Assembly: GCA_964016885.1 (NCBI GenBank)
Contig: OZ024741.1
Coordinates: 375,038,001-375,102,000 of the forward strand
Source of the DNA: Eledone cirrhosa
Lineage: Eukaryota
Length of the DNA: 64,000 bases
Direction: 5' to 3'
A program made the translations under genes and the position numbers. Each line of letters begins with the position of its first letter. Position 1 is the stretch's first letter. Below, in pieces: positions 39,328 to 52,989 of the stretch. Under the pieces are notes generated by a model. It worked only from the letters and a program-made list of their open reading frames with translations, did not search any database and was not told the DNA's origin.

Positions 39328-40492
39328 TCTCCCTTAAATTATTATTGTCTGATTATTATGTCACTAATTATTATGTCACTAATTTGAGTAAAAAAACAAC
39401 ATATAACCATCTGTTTACATATTATGTCTTATTCTAATTACACTCCCTATATATATTATTTGAATAAAAACCGGACATTTCTACACGAGATTAAAACACA
39501 AAACAACGCAATAAAATGCAACTTGCTTACACAGATTTCTGATTTACACATGTATGCATGGTCTCGTAACTCCTGGGGTATTCATAGGCGCCATATTGAC
39601 ATATGGCGTTTCTAGAGCATTTTGTAAACATGGCGGAGCCCATCTCCTCTCCAGGTCTAAATACAGCAGATTTCTTCCAGAGAACGTTAGAGAGAGTGAA
39701 AGAATGGAAGTGAGAAAGAGATATAGAGGAAGAGCTGACCACAGTACTTGACTGGTACTCTTTTATCGACCTTAAATGGATGAAAGGAAATGTTGATCTG
39801 GGCGGGATTTGAACTCAGAGAGCAGAGAGTTGAAATGAATACCGTAAAGCATTCTAACCAACGTTCTAACGATTTATATATCTAATCTAATATGGCCGAG
39901 CTTGCACTCGCAAATAAGAAGAACCAGGGCCGCCCCTAGGAGCATTGGATTTGGTGTACTTCATATTTGTTTCGGTTGCTGAATACAGTCAGGGGTCACT
40001 GCTTCTCCTGAAGATCAATAGTTCTGTTGTAACTCAAGCGGGAGCACCTTTCCATTGATCATCTGCAAAGCCGCATTTTTCTCAGAACCACTACACGAGT
40101 CTTTCGATGCGTGCAGCTGGAACTACTGCAGGATCGCAACTCATTTCTACAGCTGAGTAAACTAGAGTAACGTGAAATAAAGTGTCTTGCTCAAGGACAC
40201 AACACATCACCCGGTCGAGAATCGAACTCACAACCTTTCGATTGCAAGCCCAATGCTCTACCACTAAGCCATGCGCCTTTATATATGATTAGTGTCTATT
40301 GTCTATTTTTTATTGTGTTTACTGATTTGATACTTATTTGCTTATTTATTTGTGTACATGCCCCAAGTCAATGAGGGAATCGAAGATCTAAAAAGTTTGG
40401 TGATTCATGCTCTATCTTGTCCACCGGTCTGTTAGAATCCCTTTATACCATATGCTAGTGTTTTTAAAGAAAAACGAATGGAAGTACACATG

Positions 40493-40707
40493 TACTAGGG
40501 TCGGGTAACAAATTTATAGGCGGAAAAATTCATCGGCTGATCAAGATACTCTCATGGAATGACCAAATAAGGTTTATTTTTCAATAGCCCCGGAATGAAA
40601 CAATGCAGTTATTAATAAGAAGAACTGACATTAATGCACACAAGATTTCACAGCTCTAACATCACACTTTCACAGTCAGCCTATGAACTTTTCAGCACAC
40701 CCTCGTA
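40493..40707. mobile_element. Mariner-derived MITE (degenerate left end)
   Basis: Right TIR GTCAGCCTATGAACTTTTCAGCACACCCTCG-TA; left partial AAAATTCATCGGCTGA. Confidence 0.6.
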
Positions 40708-41686
40708 CACATTAGATAATAGAGTGCAATAGAACCTATGTTTGAAAAGACTGGATGGTCATGGCTAGAGTGTCTATGATCATACTTCTGCCCACTCAAG
40801 GATTATTTGGAGCTAAGCATCAAATCCAATATCGTCTTACATTTAAAGGTCTGAAATATCTTCATTTTAATAATATTTCATGTCTATTTTTTCTAGATAT
40901 ATAATCTACTGGTTATATACTCTGTCTGCTATAAAAATTAAACGGGACTACTGATAAAGCTTAAGCTAGAGTTTAATGCATATATTTATTATATAAATAT
41001 TAAGTGTTCTTTAAAAGAAAGGCGGCCTAATTAGTATTGAATTGAAGCGAGTGCATTGATAAATTCTCTTGTTCATTGAACATATGCAACTCCTTAGACA
41101 TCTGATGTGTATCTGTTTTAGTATTTATATCCAATATCCGCTCAATTCACATCTAGTTTTATCGATTTCTACTTGAAGCACGTGTTGGAAAGTTCGGATT
41201 CTATTGCCGGCGATATACGAAACGAAACCAAACAAAAAACTATAAAAACTTAACCAGAACATTAAATAACAATCATACATTGTTTTCTTCACCATACGTA
41301 CACAAGTAATTATTACTTTTGAAGTGCTTTCTCCTTTATTGCGGCGTGCTATAGTGGAAAAAAAATCAAATCAAATAAAGAACAAAACAAAAAAAAAAAA
41401 TCACTGTTTAACACGTGACGCCGTAACATCAACAGAGAAGCAAATGAAACTTCTGTAATACACAATCGATGTATATGAATGAAAATAGAAGTTTTCTCTA
41501 ATTAACTTCTATTCATGACTGGAAGCTGTTTTTGCTCTGAGAATATTTCCCCGCCCTGGGTTTCCAAATTATGAATGCCGATAAAAAGAAAATAATAAAG
41601 ATATTAAAAAAATAAAATGAAATAAAAATATAGGAAAATATATATAAAAAAAAATGATAATAATTTTTTTTATTCCATCTTTTCAG

Positions 41687-41912
41687 ACGAAATCAAAACA
41701 GAAAATATTTGTTTCTATGTTTGTGAAGTTTGAAGAATTAACAAACAATAAGAAATTATCTTTTCCCATTATAGACGTCTCTTAAACAAAGAACCACAGA
41801 ATGTTTCAGTGACATAATAACATGGAACATTTCAAAACAAACCGCATCAGCTGGTTAAACAGCCTGATTAACAATAAATGACGTCATTAATAAATAATCA
41901 AAGAATATATGT
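41687..41912 (+). other. Candidate host exon (mostly untranslated)
   Basis: Strong acceptor TTTTTATTCCATCTTTTCAG and donor GTAAGT, in a repeat-free region of about 1.2 kb. Confidence 0.25.
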
Positions 41913-43170
41913 GTAAGTTGGTGAGTCATTTAACAATGGTATGTCATCGAATATTTTAAAAGAGTTGTCACTGACAGTTTAATGGTAAAAGTCATCAAAC
42001 ATTTGAAACCATTCATTGAAAGGTCGTAAATAATTTGTTACATTAAGAAATAAACAAAGGGGCATGAATATAGCGATTTTTCAAAGGTCTCAGATTTATA
42101 AAGAAGAGTTGTTATTATTGTTGTTGTTGCTGTTGTTGCTGTTGTGGTTGTTGTTAGTGGTGCTGCTATTGGCCGTGTTTAGGTTCAAGTCAGTTCTGAG
42201 ATCGAGCAGACCTTTGACCATCTTTATTTCAGACACAGTGTACATTATCCAAATTCTCCATTCTCCATTCTATTTTTTTTTAAAGATGGTTTGATTTGAT
42301 GAAGATTTGGTTGCTATTTCTAGCAGATCAAAGGACCAGATGGGGTCTCCTGCGTTGGCTTGTTAAGCGATAGTTATTTCTCATGATTGACAACATAACT
42401 TCCTGTAAACTTATCTTTACCACATGGTGCACATCTGGAACAATTATATTTCAGTAAAACAATGTAGTAATTTGTTATATTTTGGGAGGGTCATCCTGCC
42501 AATAAAAACACACGCACTAGTTGGTTTTATTTTGGTTTTATTAATAGTCAGGTAACTAATACATTCATCGGTTAGTTTAATAACCAAATAGTTATTTAAT
42601 TGTCAAAGCTCTTTCGTTACACATTATGTGACCTTATCAATGATTATTTAGCCCTCTCTGTCTCCTCTTCATTTGTTCTAGTTACTCCATCTTCGCAGCA
42701 TCTGAGAGGTCATATATCCCCATGATGTAGGATAGAGTTTAGCTACGAAGTGGTTAAAACATGGTTGTCTAAAGCGACTGGACATAATAGTTGCTTCTGT
42801 TAAGTAGGTAGACAAAATAAATATAGGGTGTGATGTGGTTTATAAGAACCGTCTGGGAATGAGATTGTCACAATGCCGCTGCATAGTTTAGCTGACAAAG
42901 GAATTTGTTCTGACAGGCTAAAAGACTTCAAAGAAAATATCGATGGGGGCGTTTATACTCTCGAGAACAGGAAGTCGTGTCTCTAAAACCTATGAGTTAA
43001 GAACCTGTAACGAAGACCCGGACAAACTCTTTTACATAAAATTTGAATAGCTTGTCGTCTCGATTTTGCATCCATTAGAATCATTAGAAATAATTAAATA
43101 ATAGAGAAAGCAGTACTACCTCGACTTTCAATTGGTTGAGAAAAATAGATTGATAGATAAATAGATAGAT

Positions 43171-45845
43171 ATGTTTCTTTATTAGCCACAGGGGCACACA
43201 AGAAGGGGACAAATACAAAAATAGATAGATAGATAGGTAGATAGATACACATACAAACAGATAGATAGATAGGTAGGTTGATAAGTATCTAGATGGATAA
43301 GTAGATAGATATGTTCTTTATTTGCCACAAGGGCACAAAAGAAATGGGACATTACAGGACGTATGGCGGGGTTTTTACATTTAAGCGTATAAACAGTTTT
43401 AACAGTAATAAAATACAATGAAGAACAATCGAAAATAAATGAAGAACAATCGAAATCCCCAATAGAGGTAGCGTTACAACTGGGTTGTTTTACACCCCAT
43501 AGATAGAACAACCCTCAACTCCAGGAGCATGTTTTGTCTTCCTCAACCTACAGGTTTATATACATCGATGGCCCATTCACTCGGGCCATTTTCGCCACAT
43601 TCACCCACCTTTCAGCGAATTTACTGGGGTGCAGCACCTCTCTCTCCATTCGTACCTTCCTTCTGAAGTGGTATTTAAAGAATAGGATGAGTTGTTGTCC
43701 AGAGAGGAAGATGTTTTTCAATTTCGACCACCTTATTACCTTTTTCGCTATAGCCACCAGACAGAGGAAAACCGCCTCTCCTTCGTTTTTAAACGAAGGT
43801 GGCGGGGCGATCCTCTGATGACTCGGCTGTCAACTGGTTTTCTCCCACACGTGACAGTAGCTGTTCGACATAATTCCACAGGTCGACCACCCCTGGACAC
43901 TGAACAATTGAATTGCAGAACGGTTTCAATGTCCCGCTCGCATCTTGGACAGGTCCTTTTGACAAGGTCCCTTCCAGGGCGTCCGTGCCTGTAGATCTTG
44001 TCACGAACTGTTAGAGATTCTCAGTAGCAGTACCAGGCCAGAGACCTCTGGAAGTTATCCATAGGTCTTGGACGTAAAGTCCTCCTGAACAGACTGGCCA
44101 GTTCGTCCTCTTCAATGCCCAGAATCTCCCCGAAAACGTCGTCGCACTTATTCTCCACTAATCCTCTATAGAATGTTGACGTGGAGTCTCCACTGATTGA
44201 CGTTTGCGCCTGATAGAGAACTGTGAGCGCCTGAGCGCACTCAAGGGGCCAGGCGCCCATTTTCGGTCTTCGCTTGACCCAGGACTGCAGCTCCGCTAGC
44301 GAGACGAGTTGTGGAAAAGCTTGTCTCATAAATGACGACAACACCGGTTCACCGTTCAGGAATACCTGGAGATGGCGTAGACTCAGCGCGCGTTTGTGCA
44401 TCATCAGTCGCGGCATGCCCATCCCTCCGTTAGAAGGGTGTTGGTTAGCAGATGGATCCCATCACCAATGGAGCCTGTTTCTTCCAAAGGAATTTGAAGA
44501 GTAGACGTTCCATTTTAGCAAGGTGGTGACTGGGACAAGGCACGAATATCAAGCGGTAGTAGATGACGGACGCTATGTGTTCGCCACCCCTGCTCGACCT
44601 TTTAAGGAGAGTTTGCACTAGCGCAAATAACTCCGCCGCTACCTCGTTCCAGTTTTTGTCCACCTGGAGGTCTGAACCGAACAAGACCCTGAGCAATTTC
44701 ACCGGTCCTTCCGTCTAGCGTCTGACAACGCTGTTGGACGGCATGGGTTTGCCTCTCCAGGTGCCGAGTTGAAAACCGACAGACTTGTCCGGGTTTAGTT
44801 CGCTCCCATCAGCATTTCGTATTCCTGTAATAAGTTGTCGATCACCCCGATTTACGAGGTATTCAACACCATTACGGTTAAATCGTCGGCATAGGTCGAT
44901 GATGCTTTTCGCAATCCTGGTCCCATCGGAATGCTCTGCAACAGCTTCAACCTCCGCTGTAGTGGCTCGAGAGTCAGTACATACAGAATGGAGGAGAGAA
45001 TGCATCCCTGGCGGATGGAACGAGTGATTTGGAATGGTTCCGATCGGTAGCCATTCACCTTGACTGCCGCGCAGATATTGTTGTGCATGACAGCATCCAG
45101 CCTCTGAAGACTGGATCAAAAGTGGCCGCTTTGAGCATCGCTTCTAAGTATTAATGGTCAACCTTATCGAATGCCTTAGACTGATCTAAATTGACCAGAG
45201 CCCCACCGAAGCCAGATTTACACCCTACCCTCTTTATGATGTATCGCATGAGGTGGAGGTTGTCGTGTATGGTCCTGGTCAGGATTGCACAAGTTTGTGC
45301 TTTCCCCACTACGAGCGCCAGCCTTGTTGCTAACACCTTGGTCAAAATCTTCAACTCTGTGTTGAGCAGAGTTATGGGCCTGAAACTCTGCTTTTGTTCT
45401 CATCTTTCCTGATCAGCGTTACTACCACTCGGTTTACAGAACTGGGAATTCTCCCGCTCTGCTGCCAGTTGCAGTAGACCGCTTCGAGGACGTCAGAGAA
45501 CAAGTCTGGCATGCCTATGTAAAACTCATATGGTAGACCATTTAAACCGGGTGATTTTTGTCACACAGTGGCCTAGGGCGTCTTCTATTTCGGCCTCTGT
45601 GATCGGCCTTTCGCAGTTCTCCCTATCCGTGTTGAGAGTCGCGGTAGGCTGTCGAGGTAGGAACTGATATCCGTCACCCCGTCCGACACACCGATCTGCC
45701 CGAACAGTTGTGCAAAGTGCTGCTGGAAAACCGTGCACATCTGCTTGGATTCAAGTAGCACGCGTCCGTCTAGGTTTTTGAAAGACCAAATTGTGGATTT
45801 GTTGCCACCGACCTCATGGCTGTTATCCAACCATCTTGGCATGCC
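43171..45845 (-). mobile_element. Tx1/L1-type LINE, 5'-truncated and decayed, with a duplicated 3' end
   Basis: RPITLLNTELKILTKVLATRL; NLDQSKAFDKVDH; RQGC.LS..LY.L.LEPL; YADD; GGMGMP; CPRC..ETV; 3' AATAAAG then (TATC)n. Confidence 0.9.
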
Positions 45846-45847
45846 AG

Positions 45848-46008
45848 TTAGTTTTGCCGTAAACTCTGTCCAGCGATTCTTTCCTGAGACATTCTAACCA
45901 CATGCCAATAGTATAGGAGCTGTGATCTCTCAATTCGGAGAAGTAGCAGCTCTACCTTAAGTGACTCTCTGATCTCAGAGCTACACACTCTATCGGGTAA
46001 CGTTACTA
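45848..46008 (-). mobile_element. RTE LINE fragment
   Basis: [43 protein letters not shown]. Confidence 0.85.
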
Positions 46009-46085
46009 CAAAGACATATATGTATATACTAACATACATATTTGTATACACACACATACACCTACATACATATACTGAGACACGC

Positions 46086-46149
<64 letters not shown>

Positions 46150-46915
46150 TAGAGAGTTGGGGCCCACACACGCACGCACACGCACACACGCACGCACACA
46201 CACACACACACGCACACGCACATATATAGATATACATACATGCACACACATATATCTATGAGTAAACCTTTAACATTGATTCATATTTATGGCTGTATCC
46301 ATAGATTCTGTTTTCCCTTCATCACCTTATACGGGGATGTTTTCCTGACATAACTTCCCAAATTACCATAGTCTTCCAGATGTGTTCATACAATACAATA
46401 CACCAGACTTCTCCCACACTACTCTCTCGTTTGCTTTCCCTTGCCAATTGTTCTCCTCCTTCCTCTCCCCTTTCACTGTCTGGCTTCCAAATTATCTCCC
46501 CTTCCACATCCTTCTTATCACAATTTATTACAGTATCGTTAACTTCATTCAACCGACCACAACCTCCACCGTCCAAAGCGAAATCTTCCCCAACAACCAT
46601 CCTCACCAGGGCTGCTATCATCCACGCTTCAGCCTCCACCGTCTATACCTTTATTACAATACCCAGAATAACCCGCCATCTGCACCAACACCACCACTAT
46701 CTCTCTCCCTCTTTTTGACTCTGTCTCTCCACTACACCCCCCCCTCCATCTACGAACCTAGAACACCCCATCATCTACACCAGCCTCGTCATCATCATAT
46801 CTCTCTCTCCTTCTCTCTCTCTCGACTCCTACCTCCCCATCCAACTTAGAAACCATCTCTCTTTCTCTCACTTTCTCTCTCTCTTTCTCCCTCTTTCTCC
46901 CCCTCTCCCCCTTTC

Positions 46916-46966
<51 letters not shown>

Positions 46967-47242
46967 TAACCCCCGCCCCACGGATGAACCTAGAACACTC
47001 CCCACCATCTACACCAGCCTCATCACAATCTCTCTCACTCCCTCTCCAACCTCCCCCGCCTGACACAGGAACCATGTCTCTCCTTTTCCCCTACTACAAT
47101 TTATGCCGTCCACACCATCCACCTAAATTGTCGGCCATTTTCTTGTTTACGTCGTCTGCTGTGTCAAAGTGGTGAGACACCTGTCTCAAACACTACTTTT
47201 AACCCCTTCACATCATTTGTCTTCGTCTTCGTCCTCGTATAC

Positions 47243-47439
47243 CACGTGACAGAGGTTGCCAGACAAAGTTGTTTACATTTTTTAATCGCCAGTTTCACAT
47301 TGGTTCTACCCTCACAGACCAACGTCCTTGGAAGTTGGCTTTCCATTCTTATGCCTGTCCCACTTCCTCTATGACAGTTCTTTCAACTGGGCATGTCGCT
47401 CTCTCTCTATCCCCCTCTTTCCCCATCTATCTATCTATA

Positions 47440-47474
<35 letters not shown>

Positions 47475-47542
47475 GGATCTATATATATATAATAGGAACA
47501 CACACAAACACACGCACACACACGCACGCACACACACACACA

Positions 47543-47576
<34 letters not shown>

Positions 47577-47691
47577 TATATATATACATATATATATGTG
47601 TGTACATGTGTATGTATTCATATTATTTATATAGATAGATGGATAGATAGATGGGGAAAGATAGATAGATAGATAGATAGAGAGAGACAGA

Positions 47692-47787
<96 letters not shown>

Positions 47788-47941
47788 AAAGAGAGACATG
47801 CCCATTTGAAAGAACTGTCATGGAGGATGGAGGAAGTGGGACACTCTTCCAAGGCCGTTCAGCTGTGTGAATGTAGAACCAATGTGAAACTAGCGATTAA
47901 AAAATGTAAGCAACTTTGTCTGGCAACCTCTCTGTCACGTG
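47243..47941. repeat. Inverted pair of an about 150-bp element separated by a compound microsatellite
   Basis: 47243-47397 is approximately the reverse complement of 47795-47941. Confidence 0.8.
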
Positions 47942-48089
47942 ATATATAAGTATGTGTGTGTGTGTATATATATATATAAGTGTGAAGCATAGACGTCGTA
48001 TAGAGAAATTAACTAAATAAAAAATCAATTAATCGGAGTTAAATCTAAATTATAAATGTGAAGAAAATATAGACAATTGTTTACCGAAT

Positions 48090-48159
<70 letters not shown>

Positions 48160-48163
48160 CATA

Positions 48164-48453
<290 letters not shown>

Positions 48454-48678
48454 TGAGTGGTTAGAGAATTGGATTCGCAATCGTGAGGTAGTGGTAGTGA
48501 TTTCGATTCCCGGACCGGGTGATGTGTGATGTCCTTGAGCAAGACACTTTATTTCACGTTGCTCCTTCTACCGGGAGTTGCGACCTATAGATAGTATTAG
48601 CATTGGAAAGACCAACGAAAACATTATTTCCTCGATCCGATTTGACGAAAATCGATCGACTGTCAATATATATATACA

Positions 48679-48719
<41 letters not shown>

Positions 48720-48962
48720 AAGTATATATCCCTACACGCAAAATACATATAGGGACACATGTATTATCCAACCATATGCCAATGTGGTTCTATGGCAGGT
48801 TAATAAATTAACGAGCCAGAACATATATAATCAAGGAGGCCCGTAAGGACTATCCATTTATTTTTGAGACTCGAAACCGTACGGTAAAGGTAACCATAGC
48901 AGGTACAGTGAATTTTTTTTAATTTAATTTAAAACTTTTTCTTATTTGCTAAACCTTGATTA

Positions 48963-49109
<147 letters not shown>

Positions 49110-49279
49110 CTAGAAAAGGGAACACAAACAAGAGATAGACATCTTCCCCTCATCAGTTGTCTACTACGGATCACAGATGTTTCAGCGCATTATAGGTGGC
49201 ATTATAACCGATGAAAGGAAAATGTCTGTCTTCTTTGTATTCCCTTTTCTAACACTCGTTATCAGTAACCACATAGCCT

Positions 49280-49376
<97 letters not shown>

Positions 49377-49754
49377 TATATAAATATATATATATATATA
49401 TATTAGGTATTAAATTAATAATGAAAATAATAACAACAAAGTCAAGTTATTTTACCTATTCATATCATTATTTTACGATCGTTTCGGAGGGTTGATCATA
49501 TTGACATATTGTCTGATCTATAGCAGTTCTATCTATGGTACGGACCCTACCGCCAAGGGTAGACTACACTGAAATATGTATATATATATATGAACAAATT
49601 TAAGACCCCGACGGCTGAGCTCCGGCCGTTTCAACAGCTTTATAAATATATGTCTATCAATCTCTCAGTCAGCATGCTCTTTTACTCAACGTGTCTGCCT
49701 AGAAATAAAGAAATTTCATCATCCTTATTATTATTCTCATTATTATTTTGAAAA

Positions 49755-49950
49755 GGGCGGTGGATTGGCAGTTTCGGTAGAGGGTCGGACGCCATGCTTT
49801 GCAGCATAGAGTTATGGCCCTTTATGATCTGAGTTCAAATCCCGCCGAGGTAAACTTTGCCTTTCATCCTTACGGGGTCGATAAAATAAAGTACCAGTAA
49901 TGCACTGAGATAATTGCTGGCCTTGTGCCAAAAGTAGAAACAATTATTAT
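49755..49950 (+). mobile_element. Full-length Deu/Nin SINE with TSD
   Basis: A box TGGCAGTTTCGG, B box AGTTCAAATCC, Nin core; TSD ATTATTTTGAAAA (49742-49754, 49946-49958). Confidence 0.92.
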
Positions 49951-50023
49951 TTTGAAAACTATTTCAAGAATATAAAAAATAGAGAAGTGTAAAATTCTTC
50001 CGGGCCATATTAGTTTCTCTCGA

Positions 50024-50083
<60 letters not shown>

Positions 50084-50368
50084 GTATATATGTGTATATG
50101 TATGTATGTATGTATACATGTATATGTATGTATACATTTATGCATGTATGTGCGTATGTGTATATACATGTATGTGTGATTGTGTATACATGTATGTATG
50201 TATACATGAATGTATGTATGTCTGCATACATACATGTAGTATGTATGTAGACATGTATGTATACATTTATACATGTATGTATGCATGCATGTATGTATAT
50301 ATGTATGCATCTATGTATGTATGCATATATGTTTATATGTATTATGTATCTATTTATGTATATATATG

Positions 50369-50432
<64 letters not shown>

Positions 50433-51116
50433 TATACATATATATGCATGCTCACATACACGTATCTATCATATATAATACAACAGAATAACTTGAAGCA
50501 ATATTAAAATTATTTCACACAATTTAATTAATTCAATTCAATCCGACTGCGTGTTATTGTTATACAAACTAAAGGTGGCAAACTACAGCTAAATATTTTT
50601 ACTTTTTCACCAATACTTTAAATTTTATTTTCATATTTTTGTATCTATATTTATTTTAGTTTGAAATTTTAAATCGATAACAACTGAGTTATTTTCATAA
50701 ACTGTCATTGAGATGGTAAAGTGTGTCTGGAATGAATATTCACATTCAAGTTGAAATTCAATAAACCATCAACATCATCGTCGTCGTCGTCGTCATCATC
50801 ATCATCACCATCACCATCACCATCATCATCATATTAATGGCTGACTTATCTCCATATGGGTTATACAAGCCTGCGATATACTGTATACTACAATTACTAT
50901 TCATCTCAATCATGTTTGTATTCTTGTGTGCGTGTGTGCGTATGTGTATATATATGTGTGTGTGTGTGTATGTGTGTGTGTGTCTGTGTGTGTGTGTGTG
51001 TGTGTGCATGTGTGTGTCTCTCTGTGTGTGTGTCTCTGTGTGTGTGTGTGTGTGATCTCATCTGTGAGCCAACATTCTCCGATTTCATATCCTCACTAAT
51101 AGGTGCAAGCATGGCT

Positions 51117-51348
51117 GTGCATGTGTACATATGTGTATATATGTGTGCATGTGTACATATGTGTATATATGTGTGCATGTGTACATATGTGTATATATGT
51201 GTGCATGTGTACATATGTGTATATATGTGTGCATGTGTACATATGTGTATATATGTGTGCATGTGTACATATGTGTATATATGTGTGCATGTGTACATAT
51301 GTGTATATATGTGTGCATGTGTACATATGTGTATATATGTGTGCATGT
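51117..51348. repeat. 28-bp minisatellite (GTGCATGTGTACATATGTGTATATATGT), about 8 copies
   Basis: Direct reading. Confidence 0.9.
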
Positions 51349-51494
51349 GTGTGCACATGTGTGCATGTATGTTCGTGTCTTTGTTAATGTCCCGTAATTT
51401 AGTGGTTCGATTAAAAGAGATCGATAAAATAAGGTACCAAATTTAAACAAATTATTACTGGGATCGATATGATAACTAAAATAACTTTCAAAGC

Positions 51495-52989
51495 GGAGCC
51501 CCAGCATGGCCACTGTCTAGTGACTAAACACTAGTTGAATAACAATAATACTTGCTAAAGGGGAGCCCCAGCATGGCCACAGTCTAGTGACTAAACACTA
51601 GTTGAATAACAATAATACTTGCTATAGTGGAGCCCCAGCATGGCCACAGTCTAGTGACTAAACACTAGTTGAATAACAATAGAATAATACTTGCTATAGT
51701 GGAGCCCCAGCATGGCCACTGTCTAGTGACTAAAAACTAGTTGAATAACAATAATACTTGCTATAGTGGAGCCCCAGCATGGCCACTGTCTAGTGACTAA
51801 AAACTAGTTGAATAACAATAATACTTGCTATAGTGGAGCCCCAGCATGGCCACTGTCTAGTGACTAAACACTAGTTGAATAACAATAGAATAATACTTGC
51901 TATAGTGGAGCCCCAGCATGGCCACTGTCTAGTGACTAAAAACTAATTGAATAACAATAATACTTGCTAAAGGGGAGCCCCAGCATGGCCACTGTCTAGT
52001 GACTAAAAACTAGTTGAATAACAATAATACTTGCTATAGTGGAGCCCCAGCATGGCCACAGTCTAGTGACTAAAAACTAGTTGAATAACAATAATACTTG
52101 CTAAAGGGGAGCCCCAGCATGGCCACAGTCTAGTGACTAAAAACTAGTTGAATAACAATAATACTTGCTAAAGGGGAGCCCCAGCATGGCCACTGTCTAG
52201 TGACTAAAAACTAGTTGAATAACAATAATACTTGCTATAGTGGAGCCCCAGCATGGCCACAGTCTAGTGACTAAAAACTAGTTGAATAACAATAATACTT
52301 GCTATAGTGGAGCCCCAGCATGGCCACAGTCTAGTGACTAAAAACTAATTGAATAACAATAATACTTGCTATAGTGGAGCCCCAGCATGGCCACAGTCTA
52401 GTGACTAAAAACTAGTTGAATAACAATAATACTTGCTATAGTGGAGCCCCAGCATGGCCACTGTCTAGTGACTAAAAACTAGTTGAATAACAATAATACT
52501 TGCTAAAGGGGAGCCCCAGCATGGCCACAGTCTAGTGACTAAAAACTAGTTGAATAACAATAATACTTGCTATAGTGGGGCCCCAGCATGGCCACTGTCT
52601 AGTGACTAAACACTAGTTGAATAACAATAGAATAATACTTGCTATAGTGGAGCCCCAGCATGGCCACAGTCTAGTGACTAAAAACTAGTTGAATAACAAT
52701 AATACTTGCTATAGTGGAGCCCCAGCAAGGCCACAGTCTAGTGACTAAACACTAGTTGAATAACAATAGAATAATACTTGCTATAGTGGAGCCCCAGCAT
52801 GGCCACTGTCTAGTGACTAAAAACTAGTTGAATAACAATAATACTTGCTATAGTGGAGCCCCAGCATGGCCACTGTCTAGTGACTAAAAACTAGTTGAAT
52901 AACAATAGTACTTGCTATAACCGAGCCCCAACATGGCCACTGTCCAGTGACCAACACTAGTAAAATAACAATAGAATAGTACTTGCTAT
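51495..52989 (+). repeat. 67/72-bp minisatellite, 22 copies, derived from a SINE 3' end
   Basis: Unit GGAGCCCCAGCATGGCCAC(T/A)GTCTAGTGACTAAA(C/A)ACTAGTTGAATAACAATA(GAATA)ATACTTGCTA(TAGT/AAGG); the first unit is continuous with a SINE body at 51385-51495. Confidence 0.92.

Noticed and set aside
42601-42643. Third U3-A8 hammerhead (TTGATAA, minus strand)
   Set aside because: The relative at 59384 has canonical CTGACGA and the stems here are mismatched, so decay cannot be excluded.
46290-46720. ORF1 of the adjacent Tx1 element
   Set aside because: No recognisable motif, and it is separated from the RT region by an RTE fragment and microsatellites.
51495-52989. CRISPR-like regular array
   Set aside because: There are no unique spacers: whole units repeat. 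The context is eukaryotic, there are no cas genes, and the unit derives from a SINE tail.
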